From Candidatus Obscuribacterales bacterium (GTDB taxonomy: Bacteria > Cyanobacteriota > Vampirovibrionia > Obscuribacterales > Obscuribacteraceae): a DNA stretch of 64,000 nucleotides. The notes under the pieces were generated by a model, which saw only the letters and a program-made list of their open reading frames with translations, was not told the origin of the DNA and ran no database searches. The stretch covers positions 448,001 through 512,000 of the forward strand of contig CBDDIJ010000005.1 in the NCBI GenBank assembly GCA_965228855.1, given 5' to 3'. Below are positions 48,476 through 58,355 of the stretch, one piece after another. Within the stretch, counting starts at the first letter, position 1; the number at the start of each line of letters is the position of its first letter. A program made the translations under genes and the position numbers.

Positions 48476-49162
48476 ATGTCCAGAATTCTCATAGTCGAAG
48501 ATGAGCACGGACTATCCGGAGCCATTAAAGAATGGCTCGAAGAGGAGCTCTACGTCGTCACCGTTATCAGCGACGGCAAAGCGGCCCTGGAGACGATTTT
48601 AGAAAAACCGTTCGAGCTACTTATTTTAGACTGGATGTTGCCGGGTCTTGATGGAATCAGCATCTGTAAACGATTTAGAGAATCGGGTGGAAAAACGCCG
48701 ATATTGATTCTCACAGCGAAAAGTACGATGGCGGCAAAGGAAGAAGGCCTGGACAGTGGAGCCGACGACTATTTGACGAAACCGTTCAACATGCGAGAGC
48801 TGTCAGCGCGTGTTCGCGCCCTGCTTCGGCGTCCGCAGACCACTCCGAAGACGACAATTGAATGCGGTGACTTGAGGCTCGACTTGAACACGCGCACAGT
48901 TATCAAAGGCACCACAGTGCTGAAACTCTTGCCGAAAGAGTTTATCCTTCTGGAGGTTTTGATGCGCCATAAAGGCATCGTGCTTTCCACCGAAGAAATC
49001 ATAGACCACGTCTGGGGACCGGATTCGAGCATAGCACCAGATACGGTGCGTTCTCATGTGAAGGCTTTACGAAAAAAAATCGATTCTCCCGGTGAAACAT
49101 CTCTGATAGTAAATATTCACGCAATGGGTTACCGGATAGAGGAGCCCAATGCGCATGTTTAA
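48476..49162 (+). CDS. OmpR-family response regulator
   Basis: ILIVEDE, LDWMLP, GADDYLTKPF and winged-helix LRKKI...GYR motifs. Confidence 0.95.
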   Translation: MSRILIVEDEHGLSGAIKEWLEEELYVVTVISDGKAALETILEKPFELLILDWMLPGLDGISICKRFRESGGKTPILILTAKSTMAAKEEGLDSGADDYLTKPFNMRELSARVRALLRRPQTTPKTTIECGDLRLDLNTRTVIKGTTVLKLLPKEFILLEVLMRHKGIVLSTEEIIDHVWGPDSSIAPDTVRSHVKALRKKIDSPGETSLIVNIHAMGYRIEEPNAHV

Positions 49163-50396
49163 AAGCTTTCAGCGACAAATTGTCTTGTGGTTTTTAAGCT
49201 TGTCCTTGCTGGTGTATCTGACCTGCTCTTGTGTTGGTGCTCTCTTCATTTACACAAACAAAACGCATTCAATGGACGAAGAACTACGCATCGTGGCTTC
49301 TCAGATAGGCCACGCTATAGATGTTTCGGGAAAGAATCCGACCTTTCGAGATTGGCTCAGGGTGGTCGAAACGGAACCAGCCAGATCGATCATCACGATG
49401 CAACTTTTTGACCTCAATGGTCATCTACTCGAACACTACGGTCCGGATGGCATTCCTAGACTTATCAAACAGGTAAACGAAGTCACAGAGAATGGGCAAC
49501 AGATGCGGGTTCGCCAGGGACAGCTCTTGCAAGATAACAAACCGGTCGGATATCTGCAGTTACAGCTGCCAACTAAAACGCGAACCGAAGCAATCACAGA
49601 ATTCATTTTGACGATGGCAGCAATGAGCCCATTCGTGATTTTAGGTTTCGCTCAAATAGGAAAAACTGTTTCAAACATAGCCGTTAAGCCGATTGAGCAA
49701 CTTGTAGCCACGCTTCAGCGATTCGTAGCGGATGCCGGACACGAGTTGAATACGCCGGCTTCAATAATACAGGCACGCGCACAGTCGTTGGAGCGCAAGC
49801 TAAATAAGCAAGGAAATTTGTTTGAAGAGGACCTGCAAATAATCTCGAGTTCAGCCGAACGAATGGGTTACATCGTCAAGGATCTCATGCTGCTTGCGGA
49901 ACTCGACAGTAAAACCAAGCAAAAGACCGAGTCTATAACAGAAATCAAGTCTGTTGTAGAGTCGCTCACTGCCGAGTTCTCAGTAAGATTCGAAGCGAAA
50001 GACGTTCTGTTGAAAACAGAGTTGCTCGAAGTGGCCAGCGTAAAAACGAATGAGGAAACCCTGAGAGGAATACTTTCAAACCTGCTCGAGAACGCTCTCA
50101 AGTACACTCATCCAGGTGGGATAGTGGCGGTTAGCTGTGTGAACAACGCGATATCCGGCGAAGTCCGTTTAATAGTTAAGGACACAGGCGTAGGAATTCC
50201 CCCCGAATGCCTTCCGCACATTTTCGACCGATTTTACCGTGTCGACAAATCGCGCGACCGTTCTTCAGGTGGTTCCGGTCTCGGTTTATCAATCGTGAAA
50301 GCGCTTGTCGAAACGCTCTCGGGAAAGGTTCTCGTCGATAGCAGCCCCGGCAAAGGTAGCCAATTTACAGTGATTCTACCCGCGCTAAAAAACTAA
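49149..50396 (+). CDS. Membrane sensor histidine kinase
   Basis: Two TM segments, and DAGHELNTP, NLLENALKY, DTGVGI, FDRFYR and GSGLGL motifs. Confidence 0.94.
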   Translation: MRMFKSFQRQIVLWFLSLSLLVYLTCSCVGALFIYTNKTHSMDEELRIVASQIGHAIDVSGKNPTFRDWLRVVETEPARSIITMQLFDLNGHLLEHYGPDGIPRLIKQVNEVTENGQQMRVRQGQLLQDNKPVGYLQLQLPTKTRTEAITEFILTMAAMSPFVILGFAQIGKTVSNIAVKPIEQLVATLQRFVADAGHELNTPASIIQARAQSLERKLNKQGNLFEEDLQIISSSAERMGYIVKDLMLLAELDSKTKQKTESITEIKSVVESLTAEFSVRFEAKDVLLKTELLEVASVKTNEETLRGILSNLLENALKYTHPGGIVAVSCVNNAISGEVRLIVKDTGVGIPPECLPHIFDRFYRVDKSRDRSSGGSGLGLSIVKALVETLSGKVLVDSSPGKGSQFTVILPALKN

Positions 50397-50409
50397 CCTC
50401 GAACGAAAC

Positions 50410-50919
50410 TCAACCGATTGAAACCGGCTCGGAAAACGCATAGATCTCACAATCGCTGTTGCTTCCGTCCTCGTAGACAAGACACGCAAAATCGATCTGA
50501 TTATCGAGCGCGGTCATCGGATAGTGCCAGACGCCCGGATGATATGAAATCCCTTGCGGATTGGTGACCTCGAAAGCTTTGAGCGTCGCCAAGTCAGGCT
50601 CGTCGCCTCCGAGACTGACGATGACAAGATAGCGGGCATTACTACTAACAGGCATGAAGACCTGAGTGGAATATTCGTGGCGCTCCAGCAGCTTGATTTC
50701 AAACGGCAGACGTTGCAACGCACTGCAGCGAAAAACACACAAGTTGAGCTTCGCGCTCTCCGGTCTGAGATTCACCACATCGGCAACGTGGTTGAATCGT
50801 TTTGCAGTCTTCATGTTGGCGAACTTGAACTGCAGTTCCTCGTCTGCTGCAATCACACTACCGTAAGGAGCATAAGCCTCACGGTTGATTGGCTCGATCG
50901 AAAACTGCCGTCGCGTCAC
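50410..50919 (-). CDS. allA: Ureidoglycolate lyase
   Basis: YAPYGSVI, LLERHEYSTQVFMP and QGISYHPGVWH motifs. GTG 50919 lies 1 nt after the upstream stop. Confidence 0.9.
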   Translation of the reverse strand: MTRRQFSIEPINREAYAPYGSVIAADEELQFKFANMKTAKRFNHVADVVNLRPESAKLNLCVFRCSALQRLPFEIKLLERHEYSTQVFMPVSSNARYLVIVSLGGDEPDLATLKAFEVTNPQGISYHPGVWHYPMTALDNQIDFACLVYEDGSNSDCEIYAFSEPVSIG

Positions 50920-50920
50920 A

Positions 50921-51130
50921 CTAATCTTTGCTGCCAACCAGGATGATGTTGGTGCCAACTTGGTACGGCATGCCGTTCTTGGGATTTTTCAATTTTCCGT
51001 TGGCGTAGAATCCTTTCGAACCAGTCTTGAATTCGCGAGCATCTGCGGTCAGCGTGCCCCAGACTTCGCCGTCGCGAGTCTTGAACTCGATCAACAATGT
51101 CGCCGGCGCGTCCTCGTCTACCTTACCCAT
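50921..51130 (-). CDS. Small hypothetical protein (69 aa)
   Basis: AGGAGG RBS before ATG 51130, and REFKTGSKGFYANGK...YQVGTNIILVGSK. Confidence 0.8.
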   Translation of the reverse strand: MGKVDEDAPATLLIEFKTRDGEVWGTLTADAREFKTGSKGFYANGKLKNPKNGMPYQVGTNIILVGSKD

Positions 51131-51374
51131 TAATTGTTCCTCCTGGTGTGCAGGTGATAGTGTACAAGAAATCAGCTCTTGACCACTTTGAACTAACACT
51201 CAAAAACACCGTTCGATTGAAACGGTGCGCCTCAGCAGTGTATAACTGTCTTTTCAATCGCGGACCGGAAGTCATTAGTTGGAAGATTCGCAAGAATTTT
51301 AAAGACTTAGCACCGTTTACCGATTGTTTAGATTAGTCGGGCAAGCGCAAGCGCTTTCAAGCCGGAGAAATTTT

Positions 51375-52958
51375 ATGACGCAAGCAGTTGGACAAGTAGA
51401 AGTCCTTGGCAAACTACAGCCCGGATTCGATGAGATATTGACTCCGGAAGCACTCGCTTTTATTGCGGAGTTGCACAAGAAGTTTAATCCAACTCGTAAA
51501 GAACTGCTGAAGAAGCGCGTACAGCGCCAGCAAGAAATCAGCTCCGGAAAGTATCCTGACTTTTTGCCCGAAACCGCTTCCATCCGCAATAGTGACTGGA
51601 AAGTCGCTGATGCACCAGAAGACCTGCTTGACCGCCGGGTGGAGATCACGGGACCGGCGGAGGCGAAAATGATGATCAACGCCTTGAACTCCGGCGCTAA
51701 TGTGTTCATGGCAGATCTGGAAGACGCTCTGTCACCGAGCTGGGGAAATGTTGTTGCCGGTCAAATGGCGCTCAGGGACGCCGTGCGCAAAACATTGAAA
51801 TTCGAATCACCGGAAGGCAAATCATACAGCCTGAAAGATAAACTGGCCACGCTCATCGTCAGACCACGAGGTTGGCACCTGGAAGAAAGTCATGTACTCG
51901 TCGATGGTGAGCCGGTTTCAGGCAGTTTGTTCGACTTTGGATTGTACTTTTTCCACAACGCAGATGAAGCCGTGAAGCGTGGAACCGGTCCGTATTTCTA
52001 CCTGCCAAAATTGGAGAGCCATCTGGAAGCACGGCTCTGGAACGACGTTTTCAACTTCGCGCAGGACGCACTAGGAATTCCAAGAGGCACCATTCGCGCC
52101 ACCGTTTTAATCGAAACTATTCTCGCTTCCCTCGAAATGGAAGAAATTCTCTACGAACTTCGTGAGCACATGTCGGCTCTCAATGCCGGGCGCTGGGACT
52201 ATATATTCAGCACTATCAAAAAGTTTTCAAGCGACAAGGATTTCCTGTTTCCCGACCGCGCACAAGTGACTATGCGCGTTCCATTCATGCGCGCGTATTG
52301 TCAGTTGCTGGTGAAAACTTGTCATAAGCGCGGCGCGCATGCAATGGGCGGAATGGCGGCATTTATTCCCAGCCGCCGAGATCCGGCAATCAATGAGGTC
52401 GCTCTGACCAAAGTTCGCGATGATAAAGAGTTGGAAGTATCAACAGGCTTTGATGGAACCTGGGTTGCTCACCCTGACCTGGTGCCGGTTGCAAAAGAGG
52501 TCTTCGACAAAGCCTTCGGAGACAAACCGAACCAGAAAGAGAAGCAACTCGATGTGAACGTGAGCGCCAAAGAGCTTCTCGATGTTTCCATCGATGGCGG
52601 AAAGATCACTGAAGCAGGAGTTGCAAACAACGTCAATGTTGCATTGCAATACATCGAATCATGGTTGCGAGGAATCGGTGCCGCAGCAATCCACAATCTG
52701 ATGGAAGACGCGGCGACGGCGGAGATATCGCGAGCGCAGCTCTGGCAATGGATTAAGCTAGGCGCGAAGCTCGATGATGGCCGGCCGGTCACTAAAGAGC
52801 TTTATCGTGAAACCCGCGACAAAGAAATGAAGGCACTCACCGCAGGTGGTGCCGGCAGATACAAAGAAGCTGCCGAGATACTAGACTTCCTCGTTGAAAG
52901 CGAAGATTTCATCGACTTCCTCACGATCAAAGCGTACGAATACCTCGATAGAGAATAA
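51375..52958 (+). CDS. aceB: Malate synthase A
   Basis: [51 protein letters not shown] and [12 protein letters not shown] motifs. GGAGA RBS before ATG 51375. Confidence 0.96.
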   Translation: MTQAVGQVEVLGKLQPGFDEILTPEALAFIAELHKKFNPTRKELLKKRVQRQQEISSGKYPDFLPETASIRNSDWKVADAPEDLLDRRVEITGPAEAKMMINALNSGANVFMADLEDALSPSWGNVVAGQMALRDAVRKTLKFESPEGKSYSLKDKLATLIVRPRGWHLEESHVLVDGEPVSGSLFDFGLYFFHNADEAVKRGTGPYFYLPKLESHLEARLWNDVFNFAQDALGIPRGTIRATVLIETILASLEMEEILYELREHMSALNAGRWDYIFSTIKKFSSDKDFLFPDRAQVTMRVPFMRAYCQLLVKTCHKRGAHAMGGMAAFIPSRRDPAINEVALTKVRDDKELEVSTGFDGTWVAHPDLVPVAKEVFDKAFGDKPNQKEKQLDVNVSAKELLDVSIDGGKITEAGVANNVNVALQYIESWLRGIGAAAIHNLMEDAATAEISRAQLWQWIKLGAKLDDGRPVTKELYRETRDKEMKALTAGGAGRYKEAAEILDFLVESEDFIDFLTIKAYEYLDRE

Positions 52959-52961
52959 ACA

Positions 52962-53705
52962 TTGGATTTAGAAGTACTCCTGGACAAAGAAGATCCGGCG
53001 TGGCCATTAATCACGCAATGGATCAATGACGCCGTCAACCACGTGGAGGTGCTACCGCCTTCGGAGCCGGCACGGACCGATACATTGCTCGATTTGCAAG
53101 TTTCCACCCACTCGACTCTCGGTGCAATCGCGTACGAAACAGGCGGCATTCTAGTCGACCATGGTTGGATGCGTATCCTCGGCTCAGGACATCCCCGCTT
53201 ACCCCGTTCTGTTAATGAATGGAATCAAGCGGTCTGGGGTGAGGATGAAACCGATTACCCGTTCTACCTTATCGCAGATGACGCAATTGGCGGATTCTAC
53301 GCACTGGATTCGGGAAGTCTCGGCAACGCTGAAAGCGTTTTCTACTTCGCGCCGGACACGCTTGAATGGGAAGATACGGACCAGGGCTACACGGACTTCA
53401 TCGATTTCTGTTTAAACGGTGATTTGCATAAGTACTATCAATCGATGCGTTGGCAAAACTGGCAGGACGAGGTTTCCCTTCTCAACGGCGACGACGCGAT
53501 TTCGATCGTGCCACCACTTGCTTTCACATTAGAGCCAGAGCTAGACCCAATTGATGCTCGCAGAAGAACTTCAGTAAGCGTGTACGAGCTGTACGATTTC
53601 CACGTATTTCACCTGCCGGGACAGCTGGATGGTAAAAACGGAGAACTAGACCCTGATGCGGTTGAAGGACCAGATGAAAATCCATCCGGACCACCATTAG
53701 TTTAG
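52962..53705 (+). CDS. DUF2625-like protein
   Basis: AWPLI..W, LQVSTHSTLGAIAYETGGILVDHGWMRILGSG, IADDAIGG and YFAPDTLEWE motifs, recalled from the DUF2625 family. Confidence 0.75.
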   Translation: MDLEVLLDKEDPAWPLITQWINDAVNHVEVLPPSEPARTDTLLDLQVSTHSTLGAIAYETGGILVDHGWMRILGSGHPRLPRSVNEWNQAVWGEDETDYPFYLIADDAIGGFYALDSGSLGNAESVFYFAPDTLEWEDTDQGYTDFIDFCLNGDLHKYYQSMRWQNWQDEVSLLNGDDAISIVPPLAFTLEPELDPIDARRRTSVSVYELYDFHVFHLPGQLDGKNGELDPDAVEGPDENPSGPPLV

Positions 53706-53935
53706 TAAATTCGTAACGATCTACTATCACCACTAATACGGTCAGAAAACCGACACCGGACGACACCGAAACGCGTCATTGTTATCAACGTGTTAAGTCG
53801 CGAAACCCACTGTTTAGGCGCTCTTGCACGTGGGCATAAAAATAGAAGGAACCTCCACCTAAATGTTCAGTCTCGTGGAGTAGCAATATAGTCCGGCGAG
53901 AATCCTACCAGACAGTAGGACCGGCATTCCGTGTT

Positions 53936-54178
53936 ATGGAGGATTTTGATTCTATGGAAGCGATTTTACGTAAAACCCACTCTGTGCTATCCGCGCCCAA
54001 AGTGGATCTCCGTCCCGGAGACGTAGTCGCAAGAAGCCAGCACTTCTACTACGTGACCGACGATATGCGGCTCGTGGGATGGAATCAAGCCGACAAGACT
54101 TTTGAAGAACTCGAACTTTCACGCAAGGACGATGATGTCGTCTACCGCCAGCGCGGTGCAGAGCCCAACGGCAAATAG
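53936..54178 (+). CDS. Hypothetical protein (80 aa)
   Basis: ORF fills the gap and converges on the next gene. No family recognised. Confidence 0.55.
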   Translation: MEDFDSMEAILRKTHSVLSAPKVDLRPGDVVARSQHFYYVTDDMRLVGWNQADKTFEELELSRKDDDVVYRQRGAEPNGK

Positions 54179-54181
54179 AGT

Positions 54182-54763
54182 TTACTTTCCACTGATTTGT
54201 TTCAAAGCCTTTTCAGCAGCGGCGTGAACCCATAAATCGCGCTGCACCATGCAACACCCGGCCCCTTGCTCGGGTGGATGCGCCGAAATCGCAGCTTCTT
54301 TCAGAGCGGGAATAGCCCCTCTTGCATCTGGACCGATTGCACCAAGGGTGGTGGCGGCTTCGCCTCTGACGTTCGTACTCTCGTCTTTCAACGCGGTTAT
54401 GAGCACCGGCACGAGGGCGCGTGCGTTTTTTCCCGCGATGCGCGCGGCGACAACTGTCGCGGCCCTGTCGAAAGCAACCGTACTGCCCAGGTTTTTCCGC
54501 AAAACGGCGAGCGCGTCCTCATCTCGCGCATTAGCTTTCAAAGCCTGCGCAGCGCTTTCTGACTGTTTCTCGACAGATTGAACGGCAGTTGAAACCGGTT
54601 TGGAACTTGCAGCAGGTCCCTTCGATGAGTTCGCGCGAGTTTCAGGTCTCACCACTTTCGCGTTCTCTGTTGCCAAAACCGGCGATACACAAACTGAGAG
54701 CGAGAAGAACAGCAGGCACAGCCTAACGGCATCGAATCCTGGTCGTCGTTTCGCCTCGAACAT
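54182..54763 (-). CDS. Secreted HEAT-repeat protein
   Basis: Signal peptide, and LVPVLITALKDESTNVRGEAATTLGAIGPDARGAIPAL (PBS-lyase HEAT-like). Confidence 0.75.
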   Translation of the reverse strand: MFEAKRRPGFDAVRLCLLFFSLSVCVSPVLATENAKVVRPETRANSSKGPAASSKPVSTAVQSVEKQSESAAQALKANARDEDALAVLRKNLGSTVAFDRAATVVAARIAGKNARALVPVLITALKDESTNVRGEAATTLGAIGPDARGAIPALKEAAISAHPPEQGAGCCMVQRDLWVHAAAEKALKQISGK

Positions 54764-54813
54764 AAATCTCATCTCTTTCGCAATTTGGAACGAAATCGGA
54801 CTAACGCAGCCGG

Positions 54814-55155
54814 TCAGCTTCCTCGATAAGTCGAATATCCGAAGGGGCTGAGAAGAAGCGGCACATGATAGTGCTGAGAAGTGTCCTCGATCTCGAAAGT
54901 CACAGGAACGTTTGGATAAAAGCACTTCTGTTGAAGAGCCTCGTAGTAGGACTGAGTATCAAAATAAAGCCTGTAGATTCCCGCTTCAAGCTGGTGACCA
55001 GGCGGTAACAGATCGAGCGCTCGACCGTCATTATTGGTGGTGCTTCCGCCAAGTTCTCGCCAGCCGTTGTCTGTCAAAAACTCGAGAACGATGATTACCC
55101 CCACCGCGGGACGGCCTTTGCTGGTATCAAGAACGTGTGTAGTAATTCCGCTCAT
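54814..55155 (-). CDS. uraH: 5-hydroxyisourate hydrolase
   Basis: ITTHVLDT, TNNDGR and HYHVPLLLSPFGYSTYRGS motifs. Confidence 0.97.
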   Translation of the reverse strand: MSGITTHVLDTSKGRPAVGVIIVLEFLTDNGWRELGGSTTNNDGRALDLLPPGHQLEAGIYRLYFDTQSYYEALQQKCFYPNVPVTFEIEDTSQHYHVPLLLSPFGYSTYRGS

Positions 55156-55204
55156 TTTTCGTTCCTTTCTCGGCTTCTAGTACGAATCAAACCTGCGTTC
55201 GTGT

Positions 55205-55702
55205 TCAAATCTTTTCCAGTCGAATTCTAGTAATCTTCTTTTGCTCTTCGCCAGCAATTTTAAATTCGACGTCCGCTTCATTATCAACGCGAGCGTTTAA
55301 AATTTCCAGCATTTCCGCTGCGGACTTACCCGTTGCACATACGATGAATATATAACCAAAACGCTCTTCGTATGCCGAATTTCCGGCAGCCAGATTTTCG
55401 AGAACCTCAGTCGAAGTACCAGCCACGCCTGACTGCTCGTTTTGAGCCCAGTCCTTGGTGTTGCCATATTTCTGGCGCAAACTGTTCAAATCGCCAATTT
55501 TAGGATGGGCAGCGAACGCATCGAGCCAGTCGCTTTTCTCCATCGATGTGAACGCAGTTTCGGCAGCACGCAATAAATCAGAGTCATTGGAAAATGGACG
55601 CGCCGCTACCATCGAGCGCGCCCAAACAAGACTCCCGCAACACTTGAGAAACGCGTCGAGCGCTTCGTCAGCGTTTAACTTGTTGATATGGTTTAAGTTC
55701 AT
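55205..55702 (-). CDS. uraD: OHCU decarboxylase
   Basis: CCGS..W, AARPF, AHPKIG, EQSG, YEERFGYIFIVCATG and KITRIRL motifs. Confidence 0.95.
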   Translation of the reverse strand: MNLNHINKLNADEALDAFLKCCGSLVWARSMVAARPFSNDSDLLRAAETAFTSMEKSDWLDAFAAHPKIGDLNSLRQKYGNTKDWAQNEQSGVAGTSTEVLENLAAGNSAYEERFGYIFIVCATGKSAAEMLEILNARVDNEADVEFKIAGEEQKKITRIRLEKI

Positions 55703-56756
55703 CGGTTTCTTCACCGGTATGCACAGAACCTGATTCTGACATCACTTTGCACCACGCTCGAAACCGACTGATACCACCGTCGGGAACGATGCTCAAACGA
55801 ATGTGACTCCATGGTCCGTCGTTTTGCAATTCTTTGTCGAAGTAATGCTGGTGGTCTGCCTGCAACTTCGTAACCGGCAGAATCGGCGTCCAGGCGAAGC
55901 TATGAGCGTTTAGCGCATCTATGTCCTGACTGGGTGCATAACATCCGTCGATGAAGCAGGCATCAGGAAAGTTCCCTTTGTAATGACACGTATCGACTTC
56001 AATTTTCTTGAGCAAACCTGGTCGAGCCAGACGTATCACCGCCCAGTCGTGTCCCGGAAGATCGCGCCTGCGTCTGGTCTCCCAGCCGTCTCCCATATTC
56101 TCTCCACGCCCGGGCATGATCATGTTGTTCTTGTTTCCAAAGAACATATCATTGGCCGCCACCACCAGCCCGCCGTTTTCAGCAGCCGCTAGATCGACGT
56201 CAACTTTCGGCTCCATATCTCGCCAATTGCGATGGACGGTACCAAACACTTTTAAACGCGCGACGCCACCATCAGGATAGATGTTCAATCGGAGATGCGT
56301 CCACGGTGCAGAAACACCTGCGACTGCATATATGTTCTGCGAGCCCTGCTTCAAAGGTGATTTCGGCAGAATTTCCGTCCAATCTGCCTTCTGCAGCTTC
56401 TCAACAGAGACATCACCTTCCAGGTAGAGCGCATCGATTGACGCGTACGGCGGATGATTCCCGAGGAAATGGTTAGTGTCGATGTCGACACCGTGGATGA
56501 TACCAGCTTGCCCCAGCTTTATGATGCACCAGTCATGCCCGGGAACCCGCTTCCGACGGGATTCCCAGCCGTCCATCCATTTTCCTTGCTCGGTGTATTT
56601 GTCAGCGATGAACACACCACGTCCCGGCTTGAGCAAATTGTGCATTTCAGCGAAGAAATCGTCGCTACAAGCCAGTGCCTTGCCACCAAATTTTTCAGCA
56701 GCTAAATCAATAAACCCGGTGAAAACAGCCGCGTCTAAATTGAAACCTCTTTCCAT
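55668..56756 (-). CDS. alc: Allantoicase
   Basis: Duplicated domains SDDFFA...WMDGWESRRKR...GN...YPDGGVARL and GDGWETRRRR...GNFP...PDGGISR. Confidence 0.96.
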   Translation of the reverse strand: MERGFNLDAAVFTGFIDLAAEKFGGKALACSDDFFAEMHNLLKPGRGVFIADKYTEQGKWMDGWESRRKRVPGHDWCIIKLGQAGIIHGVDIDTNHFLGNHPPYASIDALYLEGDVSVEKLQKADWTEILPKSPLKQGSQNIYAVAGVSAPWTHLRLNIYPDGGVARLKVFGTVHRNWRDMEPKVDVDLAAAENGGLVVAANDMFFGNKNNMIMPGRGENMGDGWETRRRRDLPGHDWAVIRLARPGLLKKIEVDTCHYKGNFPDACFIDGCYAPSQDIDALNAHSFAWTPILPVTKLQADHQHYFDKELQNDGPWSHIRLSIVPDGGISRFRAWCKVMSESGSVHTGEETDELKPYQQVKR

Positions 56757-58129
56757 TACTTGCTCTCCACTCGTTGTTGCAGCAACATGCGACCGACCTG
56801 CTCATTTAACAGTTGGCCGTTTTCGAACACAATCATTCCTCTAACGAACGTCTTCTCGATCTTGCCCTTCAGCGTCATGCCATCGTATGGGGTGACTTTA
56901 TGGCGGTGTTGAATCATTTCTGGCGCAATTTGCGACTCCTGTTCAGGATTCCAAATCACGATATCGGCATCGAAGCCAGGGGCGAGAACACCCTTGCGCT
57001 CTGACATTCCGAGAAGCTGCGCCGGTTTCTTCGACAATAAATGCGAAACTTGCTGAATCGGAATTCCACGCTTCTCCGCTTGGGTCCAGACCGACGGCAA
57101 AACAAATTGCATCGATGAAATTCCGCCCCACGCTTTTTGCAAATCGCCCTCGTTTAAAAACTTCAGAGAAGGCGTGCAAGGAGAGTGGTCTGAAACAATG
57201 AAATCGATTGTGCCATCCATGACACCTTCCCAGAGCTTTTCCCGATTCTCCCGTTCTCTGATAGGAGGGGCACATTTGAAGCGCGGATCGCCGTCCGTAA
57301 TTTCCTCGGCTGCAAATGTTAGATAGTGCGGACAGGTTTCAACAGTGAACGGCAGACCTTCATCCTTTGCCGCACGAATTGCCGGGAGCGCCTCTGATGA
57401 AGAAAGATGCACTATGTGCACCGGGCAATTATGCTCGCGACAGAGTCGAATCATCAGTTCAATCGCATCGTTTTCCCACTTGCGAGGGCGTGAATTGAGA
57501 AATGCTCGGTATGAAGAAGACTTATCACTCCAATCGTCCTGATGAGAACCATCGCACTCCAACTCGGCGTGCACGAGAAGCGGAACCTTATGGCGAGCCA
57601 GAATCGGCATCGCAATGTGTAAATCGTCTTCTGTGACATTTGGAAAATCGTCGATTCCCGAATGAATAAGGAAGCATTTGAAACCTTTGACGCCCGCCTC
57701 GATCAACATCTCCAGAGAGTCCGCGTTACCGGGAACGACACCGCCCCAGAATGCGCAGTCCACTTCCAGTTTATTTTGCGCAGCCGCTACTTTCTCCTTC
57801 AGCGCACTCAGCGTCGTAGTGACAGGATTCGAATTTAGAGGCATATCGCAGATCGTCGTGCTTCCGCCAGCAGCTGCAGCCCTGGTTCCAGTCTCGAAGC
57901 CTTCCCACTCGGTGCGCCCGGGCTCATTCAAATGCACATGACAGTCCACCAAACCGGGCATGACTACCGAGTCTCCAGCATCATGAATCTTGATTCCAGC
58001 AGGAACTTTATCCGAAGAAATGATCTCCACAATTGTGCCGTCGTCGATCAAAACACAAGCGTTGATGATCCCTTCGGGCGTCACTACTCGTGTGCTTGAA
58101 ATCGCAAACATCTCAGTTTCACTGCTCAT
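56756..58129 (-). CDS. allB: Allantoinase
   Basis: DCHVHLNEPGRTEWEGFETGT, DMPLNS, GFKCF, VETCPHYL, KCAPPIR, SDHSP and WGGISS motifs. Confidence 0.96.
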   Translation of the reverse strand: MSSETEMFAISSTRVVTPEGIINACVLIDDGTIVEIISSDKVPAGIKIHDAGDSVVMPGLVDCHVHLNEPGRTEWEGFETGTRAAAAGGSTTICDMPLNSNPVTTTLSALKEKVAAAQNKLEVDCAFWGGVVPGNADSLEMLIEAGVKGFKCFLIHSGIDDFPNVTEDDLHIAMPILARHKVPLLVHAELECDGSHQDDWSDKSSSYRAFLNSRPRKWENDAIELMIRLCREHNCPVHIVHLSSSEALPAIRAAKDEGLPFTVETCPHYLTFAAEEITDGDPRFKCAPPIRERENREKLWEGVMDGTIDFIVSDHSPCTPSLKFLNEGDLQKAWGGISSMQFVLPSVWTQAEKRGIPIQQVSHLLSKKPAQLLGMSERKGVLAPGFDADIVIWNPEQESQIAPEMIQHRHKVTPYDGMTLKGKIEKTFVRGMIVFENGQLLNEQVGRMLLQQRVESK

Positions 58130-58355
58130 TTTTCGCTCCGTCGGCATACGCCGCTCAAGTAGTTCGCGCAATACGGGAAGCCAGACAAGCGGTGTTGGAA
58201 CGCCAATCCGCCCGGTCAAGAAATTGAGCTAATTGTCGCATATATAGAGCGATTTCGCTTCACACCCAACTTGACAATCAAATCAACAGACAATGCAAAT
58301 TCATTTGATATGCGCAGGATAGTTTTCTCGTATAATCATTATCCAATGTCTGGAG

